In this document: positions 50,402 to 62,892 of the stretch, in pieces
Layout of the letters: every line of letters begins with the position of its first letter
Numbering within the stretch: the first letter of the stretch is position 1
From: Podarcis filfolensis
Taxonomy: Eukaryota
Direction: 5' to 3' (one strand)
Assembly (NCBI GenBank): GCA_964270895.1
Contig: OZ185435.1
Length of the DNA: 64,000 bases
Position numbers and translations under genes: made by a program
Notes under the pieces: model-generated
Databases searched by the model: none
What the model was told of the DNA's origin: nothing
What the model saw: only the letters and a program-made list of their open reading frames with translations

Positions 50402-50777
50402 TGGAAGCAGCTCGGAGGGACTCAGACCATTGCACCCAGGATGGGTTCTCATCTTGTACTGTCATTATGTGGACGTCATCCCCACTTCTATAAATCCTTT
50501 TGAAAATACACTGCTCATACTCCTTTTGTGCAGCAGGATCACTTCCGCTCTTTCCATTTCAGCTCATGATGTTTCTTTTTGTGGATGGAAATACTAACTG
50601 CTCTATCCATCCCGAAGGCCTTTTCCATTTAGGCTGTTGCTCTCCCCTTTTCCTGGTCTGAATAGTTTATTTCAATGCTGTTTACTGGCGTATAGAAAGG
50701 CTGGGACAGCCAATACCGTAACCATGAGGGCCATATGCAAGATTTGGGGTGACCTTTGCTATCTCTGAATTTGCATA

Positions 50778-50783
50778 AATAAA
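50778..50783 (+). terminator. MRPL23: Probable MRPL23 poly(A) signal AATAAA
   Basis: First canonical hexamer after the stop; only weak variants (TATAAA, AATACA) occur earlier. Confidence 0.55.
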
Positions 50784-50854
50784 AAAATTGTCCAGGAGCA
50801 ACTTAGTACTAAGTTCCATTCCATGCGACTCAATGTGGTGCCTTCCATGGTTCT

Positions 50855-51005
50855 AGATTCAGGTAGGTAGCCGTGTTGATCTGATGCAGTCAAAATAAAT
50901 TAAAAAATTGTCCAGTAGTACCTTAGAGACCAACTAAGGTGCTACCGGACAATTTTTTAATTTATTACGACTGCGTCAGACCAAGACGGCTACCTACCTG
51001 AATCT
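50855..51005. repeat. 72-bp-arm inverted repeat, probably a Penelope-like element terminus
   Basis: Arms 50855-50926 and 50934-51005, 65/72 identical, 7-nt loop; CAGGTAGGTAGCCGTGTTG...CACCTTAGAGACCAAC resembles reptile Penelope ends (from memory). Confidence 0.75.
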
Positions 51006-52202
51006 GAATTGGCAGACAGCCTCATACTTTGGGCACCTCACACTGTCTCAGGGATGACCCTGTTGGATGTGTGGGATTGATGTGTGCACCATTAATGAGA
51101 CACTGGCACGATGGCGTATTTGGGAGCGGAGGTATCGCGCAATATCTTCCTGCAGCCTGAAAGATGGTTCTGAATTTTCAAAACATGTATACACAAACTG
51201 AGCTCCTGACCCAGTAAAAAGCACTGCTTTGCCCACTTAGTTATTGTGTGTGTTGTCAGTGTGTTGGCTTTGTCTATCAGGATTCTCAAGTCATTGCATA
51301 AGGCTGCACTTCTCTCCCCGACTTGAATCAGTTACAGTGACTTGGGAAAAGGTTGCCATTTGCCTCGATTCTTGTTTAAAGAATTCTTTGCGCTTTTGTG
51401 TATGCTTAGTCCTGCTTTCCATTTTCTTATCTCTTATTTTTCAAGTTTGTTTTTCAGTTTTCAATGAAGATGGCACAACATTAGGCAGCCTGCTCTGTGG
51501 AAGCTGAGCTCTGTTGCTTTTTAGGGAAATACTAATTCAGATGTCGTGGTCTGTGGCTGGATATCCCAGAGGCCTGTGCTGCTACCTAAACCACCAGTGT
51601 GTGCTTCAATAAACATGACCCTTCCCGGTTCTCTTTAATTCAGCAAAGCCTCCGCCACTGTTTAGTAGGAGGGGAAAACATGCTGGATGTGGCAGACTAT
51701 GAGCATTTTTCTGTTGTTGAGCTCCAGAGCTGCACTGTGCCCAGCCAAAGGCTGGGGCTTTGTTGACTTACTCGCTGCAATAGACCTAAGCCCTTGTGAC
51801 TGGTGCACATAGCCTAACCTGGCTTATAGAGGTTGGCTTAGCTTGCGTACCTTTGTTTATATCCAGACTCCTTTAGAATCCTGAGTGATCAGTGGGTCAG
51901 GTTGCTTAAGCCTGTGGATGACCCACTTTCCCTTGGGATCTTCCTTTCCCTTTTTGCTAGCCAGCTATGCAATTTTTCCACTGTTACTAAATCAAACCAA
52001 GTTGATAGACCATTGTCTCCCAAGAGGGAATAATATTTGAATCCCAAGGCAAAGCACATTCAGTGCAACATAACAGATGTATAGAACTCTGAGGGGGACA
52101 GTTTCCTACATCTACCAAAGTGTTGGGGTCATTCTTACTCATATCACCTGCTTTTTAATTATAAGCTTAATTCATAAAATTTCCCCCACCAAAATGTTGC
52201 CT

Positions 52203-52233
<31 letters not shown>

Positions 52234-52237
52234 TATG

Positions 52238-52439
52238 CAGTCGTACCTTGGAAGTGGAACGGAATCTGTTCCGGAAGTCTGTTTGACTTCCAAAACGTTC
52301 AGAAACCAAAGCATGGCTTCAGATTGCCCCGTTGGACGTTTGGCTTCCAAAAATCGTTCGCAAACTGGTTCACTTCCAGGTTTGCCGTGTTTGGGAGCCT
52401 AAACTATAAGTAAGCTGTTCAAAAACTAAGGTACGGCTG
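52238..52439. mobile_element. Tc1/pogo-type MITE between microsatellites
   Basis: TIR CAGTCGTACCTT / AAGGTACGGCTG; (CA)n on the left, (TA)n(TG)n on the right. Confidence 0.7.
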
Positions 52440-55400
52440 TATATATATATATGTGTGTGTGTGTGTGTGCGTGTGCGTGTGTGCGCGCATGCATGCAGAA
52501 GCAATTAATACATTCTTTTCTTTAAGCTGACGAGCAAGTTTTCAGCTTAGATATAAGGATGCTCTGTTCATCCTATGATACTTAACCTGGTTCACACAGC
52601 TCCTAGTAGGGCATTTCTTCCTGACTCCCTTTTCCACATCAAGACTTTAGGCAAGGAGAAAGTGATTGCCTGGGGATTCAATTGTGCTAAGCTGCTTCTG
52701 GTGAACTTTGGCTTCATTTTTGGATAATTTGCTCGACTGAATATGCCCTCGGAACAAAAAAATACCACCAGCAGAAGTTCTTCAGATTTGAAGGTGGAAG
52801 GTAGTGGAAAGCTAGGAGATGAACAGGGCACAGAGAGAATTAATCCCCACCCAGTTTTTTCTAGCTACACCCATGGGCTCTACACTGGAGCCTGGATGGC
52901 TGGACAGAGGAATTGTTTGGGGATGAGGATATTTATTGAATGTGGTGCCAGCTTGTCCTCTTGTGTAATTCTTCTACAAATGTACAAAACAAGACAGAAT
53001 GTCAAAGCTTGGTGAGTGCTTTGGCTTCTACTCAACTGATCTGTCTGGATGGTAGATTATTGATCTTTGGAGTGGTCTTTGGGAGGCAAAGGGTCATGAT
53101 TTGTGCTTTCTTAACCAGCAACATAGCGAAATCTCTGAATAGTGAAATGGATAAAGTGGACTTTAGTCCACAAAGGCTTATACCATGATAAATGTTAGTC
53201 TTTACAATGTCTCCAGCCTTGTGCTTGCTGTTTTTAAATTCAAAGCGGGTGATCATTCTGAAGGTATCCCTAATTTGTTTTTTAATAATTTGCTTGCAGG
53301 CTAAACTGCTTCATTCCATTCCATTTCTTAATTCTGAAACTCAAGGAGTCAACCCATGAAACTTAGCAGTACAGTCAGGGCAGGTAAAAAATGTTTTACT
53401 GTTTCACTTAGTGAAAAATCAACTTTCGACACTAGATTCAATGGGTTTTTCAAAGAGGAGAAGACAACATGTCATGGAGATATTAACAGATTTGGGGTAT
53501 TGTAGCTGAATTAAATATCATTTTTCAGGAGCAACATACCACTAAATATTGGTTTATATGGACACAAAATTGTTAGATGCTACCTACATCCCCTTTGTAG
53601 GCTCTCTGGAGCAATGCCTTCCTGTGTTTTGTTTTGCTTTCTCTATATGATCAACTGCAGCAGCAGCTCAGTTACTGAGGAGGCTTTATGTGAGCATATA
53701 CAACTTGAATTTTCTGCTTTTGAGAGCCTGTCATTTGGACAAGCATTGAATCTTCCCCACTGACACCTTCTTTTTCTCTCTCCCCCCCGCCCCGCCCTCA
53801 AACCTTGGCCACAACAAATGTTTTTCATTCAAACTTGAAATCAGAACAACTCATAAAATGTTTACAAGGAAATAGCTGTTCCCCTGAGAGGCAATCTAAG
53901 TAGGACTTTTACGCACACCCCTTCTGCTCATTAGTTGCCTTTGACACCCCCCTCTCCTTATGAGTGTCCAGCGTGTCGCTTGCTGCTTACAACTGCTAGA
54001 AGCTGCCTGCCCCTTTTGTGTACAACTAACCAAAACAAATATTTCGGAGTGCGTCATGATCTACTTAAGCTAGCAGGTTGGTCCAAAACAGAGGGCGATC
54101 AGAGAGATTTTTTTGCCACACAGTAGTTAATGAGAAAAAGCCCTGGGTCCACCTACAGCTGGTCTTAAAAAAGAAAAGAAAAAATCAGAATATATGCTGG
54201 TTTTCCAAAAGGATACAGTATTGGAGTTACAAAGAGATGGCTTACCGTTTTGGATGGAGCTGGTTTGACTGAATAGTTGGCCTCCTGTATTCTATGTAGC
54301 ACAGCTGCTTTGCAGCCACTATTGAATATTTAGCACCGCATGTGTGCTATACAGGGCAGAGAAGTCAGTGTTCACTGCGGAGTTTGGAATAATGAACAAT
54401 TATTTAAATGATTAAAAATGGCACCTTCATATTTGGAAGCAGCATGGCTCTGATTACCAGATACTGGGAATAAACCACAGCAGATGAGTGCTTCTCATTT
54501 CACAAGGACATCTGGTTTATCCGCTGCTGGAAACGGAGTATTGGATTGTGGTTTGCTTTCATTCTGACTCAGCGAGGTGGGCATGTGTCTCGAGAGGCAA
54601 TGGAGTGTGCCTCGGGATGAAGTCAGACTGCTGCATTAGCAACACCAAAGTGACCTCCTCAGGGCACAAGCCCGGGCAGTGTGTGTATGGAGGTCCCGGG
54701 CTGCCCAGGCCTTGCTGATGTGGCCCAAAGGAAAGCAGAGCAATACATTTGGCACCAGCTTGGCTGCGGGAGTTGCTGGAAGGAGGCATACAAGACACCA
54801 TCTAACCGTCCTAGGGACTCCGCTCTGCTTTTGTGTAGGGTTTACTCCTTAGCCTTTTCTGCTCCCTAAGATGTCCCACAAGGCAGCAGAAGTTTAGGAC
54901 CAGAGTTTTCCTTCTCCTAGATAGGCTGCCTTCCCAGTTGACAAACCCCAACTACTCCTCATTTCCCTCCACACCATGTTCAGAAACCACCTTCTTGAGC
55001 ATTGGAGCCACTATTGGTCTTGTCTGCTCAATCCACTGGAGCCTGGCTTTGCATGCAAGGGAAGTCCCTAACTTACCCATCATGTGGTTTAGCCGGCCAG
55101 TCGAAGCCATCCCCAGGTTTGGGCTGCTGTTGCACACTGACAGCTTCTAGGAGCCACATGTGAGAGCTGAGTGCAGGGTGGGGACCAAAGGTGGACAAAC
55201 GACTCCAAAAGCAGCTCAATGTGTCCCCCACCAGAGGTACTACCCCTCCCTTAACACACCATACAGCAAGGTAGAGCAGCTATGTTATGAGTACAATACA
55301 ACGGGGCCCAGGGTGTTACTAGGGACTTGGGGCACAGGCCCACAACACAAATTTACATACAGTCTGTTTTTGCTGTTTTATATGTATTCAGGAAAGTGGC

Positions 55401-56317
55401 GTCTTGCCAGTGCTGCACTTCACAGTGTGTCCATATAAGCCAAGTTTTTCTCTTTTTTTTAGTTAAAAAATAAATAAAAGGAAGGATCTGGGACTCACCA
55501 CAAAAAAGCTGGTGGTCAGGCGCCCTGGGTTGTCTCCTAACTATGGGTTTAATGGGGTTAGGATGAAAGGCAACAAGAATAGTGAGAATTTGGTAAGGAA
55601 CATTTGGGTAGCAATGAAAGAATTGCCTTTGCTAATGGAGTAGGCCTTTGGAAAGAGGGAGGGAAGCAGAGCAGCCTTCCTCAACCCAATGTCATCCCAA
55701 ACGTCTGGAGGGGTAACTCCCATTAGCCCCAGCCAGGGATGGTGGGAATTAAAGTCCAAGACATGCTGAGGGCACCAGCTTGGGAAGGCTGGTGTGAGGA
55801 GTTTGCTTGTGGCCTAGGCCACCAGTAACATGGTGGAATTGCTAATGGTAGATATGGAAGGCGAACTTCTGTCTTAAATTCTCCCACTCCTGCTTAAGCC
55901 TTCTCTTTTTCAAAGTATCTGAATAGCAGCCTGCAAATGGCTCATCTGATCCAGAATGGCGTCTTCAGCTGTTGTGGCCCTTTCAGCGGGTGCATTTTTC
56001 AAAAAGAAAACATGCAATAATTTGAAGTTAGCCACTGGACTTCAAAGTTAGCCTTCTGCCTCCTTTTACAGTGGACTGCGGAGAGCCAGCATGTCTGCAG
56101 TGCCAGCTGGCCCTGAAAAGGTTACCTGGCCAACTTCATTCCTGCCTCCCTCAGCAGTGGTCAACTAGTCTTGGGCATGTAGCCAAGTGGCTCCTTCCTC
56201 TGAAAAGCACACTGTGAGGTAGCCATGAATGAGCACCCTGTCAGCAGAGCCATACAGTAGAAATTCTGCATCAGGCAACAGATGCCATATGTTCAGATAA
56301 TATATGTTGTGGGAGAC

Positions 56318-56545
56318 TGGCTAGTGTAATGTAGGGGGCAATAATCTGAGTCATGCCCTAGGAAGTCCTTGGTTCAAATGTCACCTTTATGACAAGCTCA
56401 CTAGGTGGCTACAGGCAATTATCTCGCAACCTCAGTTCCCCTTTGTACTACTGACCTACCCTGTGGTTGCTGTGTAAAGATCACTGAGAAACTGTATGTG
56501 TAGCACTGCTTTGAACACTCAAGACTGCTACGTAAATGCTAAGTA
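56318..56545 (+). mobile_element. Old MIR/CORE-like SINE
   Basis: tRNA-like head with GGTTCAAAT, CCTCAGTTCCCC core, GCACTGCTTTGAACAC...GTAAATGCTAAG tail. Confidence 0.5.
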
Positions 56546-59500
56546 GGGTTATTTACTGGATACATTTGACTTTGCACAAAAACACAGACTTTAAAACTGA
56601 AAGTAGATTCTGCCAAGCCAAGTGAGACCAGCTCTTACATTGCGTAGGCAGGAGGGGAAGGTAAATGACATTTTTTAGAGAGCAAGACAAATATTGACAC
56701 TTTCTAGTGCAAACTTTTTAATTTATTGATGGGGCAACATACATGATTAACACAAGAATGGTTTATAGAGTAAGAAGCCCATATACTAGGAGTCCTAGCA
56801 ATCGGATGCTGATAAAACCCAACCCCAAACCCTACTTTTCTCCCCCGTTAAGAGGGGAGAAATCAGATACACAGGCACAGGCAAAAGAGATTCATCATTT
56901 ATATGAACTGCCTGTTGCTTGCTGACATTGGGCACTCCAGATCCTGGTGTCACTTTTTCCAGACTTTTTGAAAAACACAGCCAAAAAATGCAAAACAAAG
57001 AACCACGGTAAATGTGGGATTCAATCAATCCCTGGAATCCCTGGCTCTCTAGCCTTTTGAAGAAACAAAGGGCTTGTGGCCCCACTAGCTTTTGTGGCTA
57101 GCAGTCCACTCAGCTGCAGGCAGTCCTGATGCATTTTAACCTGGGACTTCTCCTCCAATGCAGCCCCTGCCCCAGCCACCCCAGAAGTCAAAGCAGCCCC
57201 TTCTGGGAGGCAAGAAGCAACTCGGCTGCCAGCTGGTATTTGGCCGCTGCTGGTAGCTCAGGAAGGCAACAGCTGTACCTAGGAGGTCAGGTCCTGGACA
57301 CAGAAGTGGGTGCATGTCTCCAAGGAGCAAAATGATTATTGGACAGAAGTGCCTGGAATGAAGCAACATCGTTTCTGGAGTGACGCACAAAGCTGTTTCT
57401 TACATTTGGCACAGGGAGGGCTGCAGCTGCTGGCCTTTCTGTCAAGTAGCGGAGCTGCAGGATGGATCCTTTCCCCTCTGGCTCTACATAGATCCATGAC
57501 AGAAAGTGAACCAGGGAGACGGCGAAGGGATTTATGGTGTCTTGCCTCATCTACATGTAGGGGACGACTGCATCTGCACATCCTCAAGGCCAACAAACGG
57601 CACTGAGATGATTAAATTGGCTCGCAGTATTTCATTGTGTAATCCTCACATGAAGCTTCAACGATGTAGGGCACGGCGTTCCTTTACATGGCAACTTGAA
57701 CATGTTTGCCCCCGGTCCTAAATCTAGCTGATGGCTTTATCTGCGGGGAAAGATACATTTGAGACTATATCACACACACAAAATGACTTCATGAGGCCGT
57801 TGTCCCAGTAGATTTGTAGAAAAACTAGCTGTGGTAAATTCTGAGGTTCAAAGCAGCATTTCAAAAGCCAGCTCAGCTTAAAGGGCTTTCAATGAATCTG
57901 GGCCGGAGCAGCAGTCCCAGTCCCACATCCTGACAATGTTGAGACTCGCTGGCTTCTGTGTGGCTCCTTAGGTGTGGTTAAAGAGAATGTTGGCTATTCT
58001 GGATGGAATTAATGTGTTAAGGTGCATCATTTCCCTCTCACAGTACCCTTGGAGAATTCTGATGGGTTCAAGGCAACAGTTGCCCTGCTATTTATGCACA
58101 TAGGAGGCAAAACATTCTGTTCAAAACAGGTTTGCCTTCCATGTGGTGCATTTGAGAGAGACACACAGGATGGAAGCTGAGATTACATAAAAAGTCGGCT
58201 GCAGAATTTGGATCTGAACCTGGTATGTCTGAATGTTTTTGCTTTCCTTTGTTGTATTGTAATTGTTAACCTCTTGTAAGTTTGCCCTGAAAACCTGTTG
58301 AAGAGTAGACTATAATTCAAAAGACAAACCCCAAACCCGGGTCTTTTGACTCCCAGTTTGGGAGCATAGACCATCTCACAGAAGATGTGGTAAAACTATA
58401 CATTAAAGTCACATGTTCAGCACAAAGTAAAGTGCAGAGCAATAGACTCTAGTTGTCTTTAACTACAACTGCACAAATTGGCTTCTTTTTGTGTCCCAGG
58501 AAGAAGATGACATGATTAGGTTTAAAAAAATCAGCCTGAGAATGATAATTTGGCTTTCCCTTCCATGTTACTTATTCCGCTCTGGACATTGGGGACTCAT
58601 ACTTTCGATATTTTTAACACTAGGTGATTTCAAGTACAGCTATTGCCACCCTGAGGATCTATTGCTTCTCCACTGGGTTTCATATTTGGTCCACACATCA
58701 TGTGTAGTGTTTAGCACAGGACACCCTTGGTGTGTCCTATCAGCTTCAGAAAGTTGGTCAGCATTCTTGGGCAACCTTGTAAACATCTTGTTTGTTCCAG
58801 AGAAAGGGAACAGAATGATAATGATGATGGCAGTAATAATAAGAATAAGAATAGGTTTCTGTTTTGAGCACTCCCCCTTGTTCTAGACAGCAGACAAAAG
58901 AAAATAAATACTTGATAGGCATGTGGATTTCCACGCTCCTCTCTGCTCATGTGGAACTTGACTTGAGCACATGTGGTGCCATATGGTGTGGGAGGGGTGT
59001 GGCACCAAAAGCATATCCCAATAGCCAAAAGAAAGAAAAGAAAGAAGAGGGATTGGACCCAAGGCATAGTTTGTTTCACCACAAAAAACACTGATTGTAA
59101 ATGAGTTGGAAGGAGAATTGTCTCTCCCACCCCCCCGCAATGCTCCACCAGTTTGCTGTTCATTTGTCGGGACAGGAGAAGTTGTTTACTTTGCTAGGGA
59201 GAAGGCCAGATGCAAGAGAAGCTGTTTTGCATGCAAGGTTTTTATGAAAGGGTTGGGAAGGGGAGGAGGGAAGACAAGGAACATTCCAAGTCCTTTGCAA
59301 CAGATTTTAAAGATCCAGAAGCCTGTTGTTTTGCTTGTTAAAAAGAGTTCTCAGATTCTAGGCAAAGCTAAAAAATATATAACAGAAATGGCTTGTGTGC
59401 ATTGCCTAGTGTTGTGTATATACAGTTTTCCTCGGTTGGTATGTTCAACCAGGACAGAATGATACTGGGATATCTAGGAGAATGCACCTTGATCCAAAGG

Positions 59501-60685
59501 GTATTCACAGTTCAGATGTTTTGCACATGGGGAATCTCCCATTCATCTATACAGAAGCAGCCAATGCAAGCATTCGTGGATTGATTATACCCAGTAAAGC
59601 AAAAGGGAAGGCTGTTCCTGGATGGCTCCCTCTGTGCCAATTGCATGATTGGAATGACAAAATAGCAGTAAAAATAACCATTGAGCTAGGAGTCTAGTGG
59701 GAAGAACATAAATGGTGTCTTTCTTGTGTTATGGGGGAGATAAAGGCTGTGACATTCATTCTAGAGCTGAAACCAATTTGCACCCAAATTAATCTTTCCT
59801 TGCAAACATTCAAATCCTTATTTGAATATTTGGTGAATATTTGATGTTCAACAATGCATTTGACGCCCAAAGATTTTGCAGTAGCAGTCAACACTGGGCA
59901 ATTATATAACAGCTGGCATTCAGCATCAGTCAGCATTTAATAGTGTCAGTATTTGAAAATATTTCAGCTGGACACACAATTACCATCAGTATCTGACAGT
60001 AGCCAACACGTAGCAGCCAGCTGCTGCAGTCAACATCTGACTTGAAGCAGGATGTAGTATTTAACGAATCTGACATACAACTTTTAGCGTTTTGCCAATA
60101 TATCTGACAACTGATACGCAGTATTTGATAAGTCGTGGCCAATACGTTATATGCAGCAGTAGATGTCAAAATGTCAGTAGATGTCATCAGTATCTGCCAA
60201 CTGATGTAACAGAATTTAGGAAACATCATTCATTTAAGAAATCAAAACAGGACGATTGTGAAATTATGATGTGAAATCATGATTTCCGATGCCGGATGTA
60301 AAATTTCTGAAGGCAAATTTCAGCATTAAAACTTTTTTTCTTTTTGGTAATCTGTAGTTTTGCTGGGTTTTGAAAAACTGTATTTTGTTTCTGCTCTATT
60401 TCTTTCTACAACAGATCCCAAGTAAATGTCAATAATATGTAACATTCACAGCCATATCACACTGCCTGAAGCAGATTGGGGCTGTCAACACTTTTTGCCA
60501 CAATCTCTGCCCCCCCCCCCCAATCTTCCTCATCCTCTGTTGCCTTCCAGGATCCCTTCAGATTTGCTGCCTGAGACACGTGGCTCAAAAGAGGACCGGC
60601 CCTGTAAACATATGAAACAGGCTCAAATGACACTTTTCCCAGGGCTGACGTGAGGAAGGATCCCTAAGTGCTCATCAGTTTAGAG

Positions 60686-60798
60686 CAGAGTTGGGGAACC
60701 TGTAGCCCTCCAGATGTTGTTAAAATCACCCCTGAGCATGCTGTCTAAGGCTGATGGAGTCCAATAATATCTGGAGGGTCACAGGTTGCCCATCCCTG
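60686..60798. mobile_element. Palindromic hAT-type MITE with 8-bp TSD
   Basis: CAGAGTTGGGGAACCTG...CAGGTTGCCCATCCCTG flanked by GTTTAGAG / GTTTAGAA. Confidence 0.8.
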
Positions 60799-61680
60799 GT
60801 TTAGAACCGACAGTAATGATGCTGTCTTTTGTACCAGTCCCAAATGAGGGAGCTCAGAGGTGGGCAGTAGAATCGGAGTCTCTCTAAGAAACCTAGCAAC
60901 TGACCCTTGAATTTTAAACGCTTTTTACTTGTTAGTCCATGTATAGAGTGAATAATGGCATTGATAGGAACTTTGGCTTTATTTGGTGCCTGTGCTGAAG
61001 ATTGCACACCAGGTCCCCAGATGCTTACTAGCAGCCATGAACCTGTGCTAGAGGTTATCCTCACTTATGTGAATTGGCCTGGTCAGTTTATGGCTATTCA
61101 AGTAACTCCCACATGCTTAGTCATTAATTTAGATCATTCCTTTGCTTTTGGGGGGTGGGGGAGCAGGTTCCAGGAACTCAGCAGCCAGACGTGGTGGGTG
61201 TTATTTTGGAACATTTAGTGAAAGTGACTGCATTGCTTTCCTGTGTCTTTCTCTTGTTACTGTAAATATTTTCACCGAACATTATGTATCAAACACTGCT
61301 TTCGGATTATATTTGTGCTACGAGATCTGGGGGTGACTACAATGAAGTGCATGGCAGTGAATGACTCATACCACAGAGAAGGTAAGGAGACTCTAGGATC
61401 TCTTCCTGCCTTTGGCTGAATGGCTCTGATAATATTGGGGGGGGGGCTGGAAGGAGAGAAGGAAGAGGGGCCTTGGGAAAGAGAAGGCAGAAGGCCAAAG
61501 GAAGTGAGGGGGCTAGGGAAGGAGAGTTTGAAGAGGACATGGTTCTGAAGAATTATGTTCAGAGGTGAAGGTCAGAGTGGAATGAAAACCAAGTGTGAGC
61601 AGAATTATGTTATCAGCTGGTATTTGAGTTTGGTCCTTTAAATAAACAGAACGATCAGCTTCCGTAGGGTTGATCATGCA

Positions 61681-61922
61681 CAGTGGTACCTCAGGTTAAG
61701 TACTTAATTCGTTCCGGAGGTCCGTACTTAACCTGAAACTGTTCTTAACCTGAAGCACCATTTTAGCTAATGGGGCCTCTTGCTGCCGCCGCGCCGCCGG
61801 AGCCCGATTTTTGTTCTCATCCTGAAGCAAAGTTCTTAACCTGAAGCACTATTTCTGGGTTAGCAGAGTCTGTAACCTGAAGCGTATGTAACCTGAAGCG
61901 TACGTAACCTGAGGTACCACTG
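61681..61922. mobile_element. Second copy of the 242-bp Tigger-like MITE
   Basis: CAGTGGTACCTCAGGTTA...TAACCTGAGGTACCACTG; colinear with 2797-3038. Confidence 0.85.
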
Positions 61923-62892
61923 TACTAAGGTCCAGTATACAACAGCATGGTAATAAATTCCCAAAGAATGGAGATGATCTTTTATAGAGCCTTGTTTCTT
62001 CCTCCTCCACCTGCTGTTCTTAGATTGCCTTCAGCTTCCTCTCACTACTCAGGAAGCAAACTTTGAAACTTCCTGTTTCTTTCTTCACCTGAGCTCCTAA
62101 TAGGATCCACCAGGCTCTGCCTGGGACTCACTCCACATGTGCTCTAGATCTTCTGCAAGCACTCTCTCACACAGACACCTCCACAATCCTGTGACATAAT
62201 ACACGGACAAATGTCCTTCCTGGCCTCTGTCTCAACAAGGTAAATATCTCCCTGACCTACTGGGACAGAAAGTCATGCACACAAAACAGTTGAAAGGAAC
62301 TAAGGCCTATAACATTTAAGCAAATATTGGTGAGTGAGCAGTAATTTCATTACTATCATGTTTACAGTATTAAATGTAGAACAAGAAATGTTTGTGAGCA
62401 CCTCAAGTGACAGTTGTGGGAAAGCCACTTGCAGACCTCCTCTAGAAAGCCACTCCACATTTTTCAGTGACGGGGAGTTCTGTCATGGTCAGGTTTGGAA
62501 TTGGAATACCAACAGTATTCTCCTCAAAATGCAGGAAAATTCTTAGTTTCTTCCAAGCTCAATTTGATCAAAACAGACCCTGTTGCGATACCAGTTATGT
62601 CTTTCCCGAGTCTAATAAGGTCTGAACTCTTCCTCAACTTCCTAGCAAGCCTTGAGAGCTCCTCCCTTCAAATACCTGACCATCTCTTTTTTGTGCTTGG
62701 GTGAAGGAATGTCTCTTCCCACTCTTGCTCTTGGCATACTAGTGAGAAAACTACTTATCCCAGCACTCCTGGCACCTGGAGCAGCAGGCCAGGCACCAGA
62801 AGGGGAGGTGGGGACAAAAAAAAAATTCCTCCTTTCATCTCACCGCTACCCAAGCAGTAAGGAAGGTAATGGAGCAAATGGGAAGAGAGATT

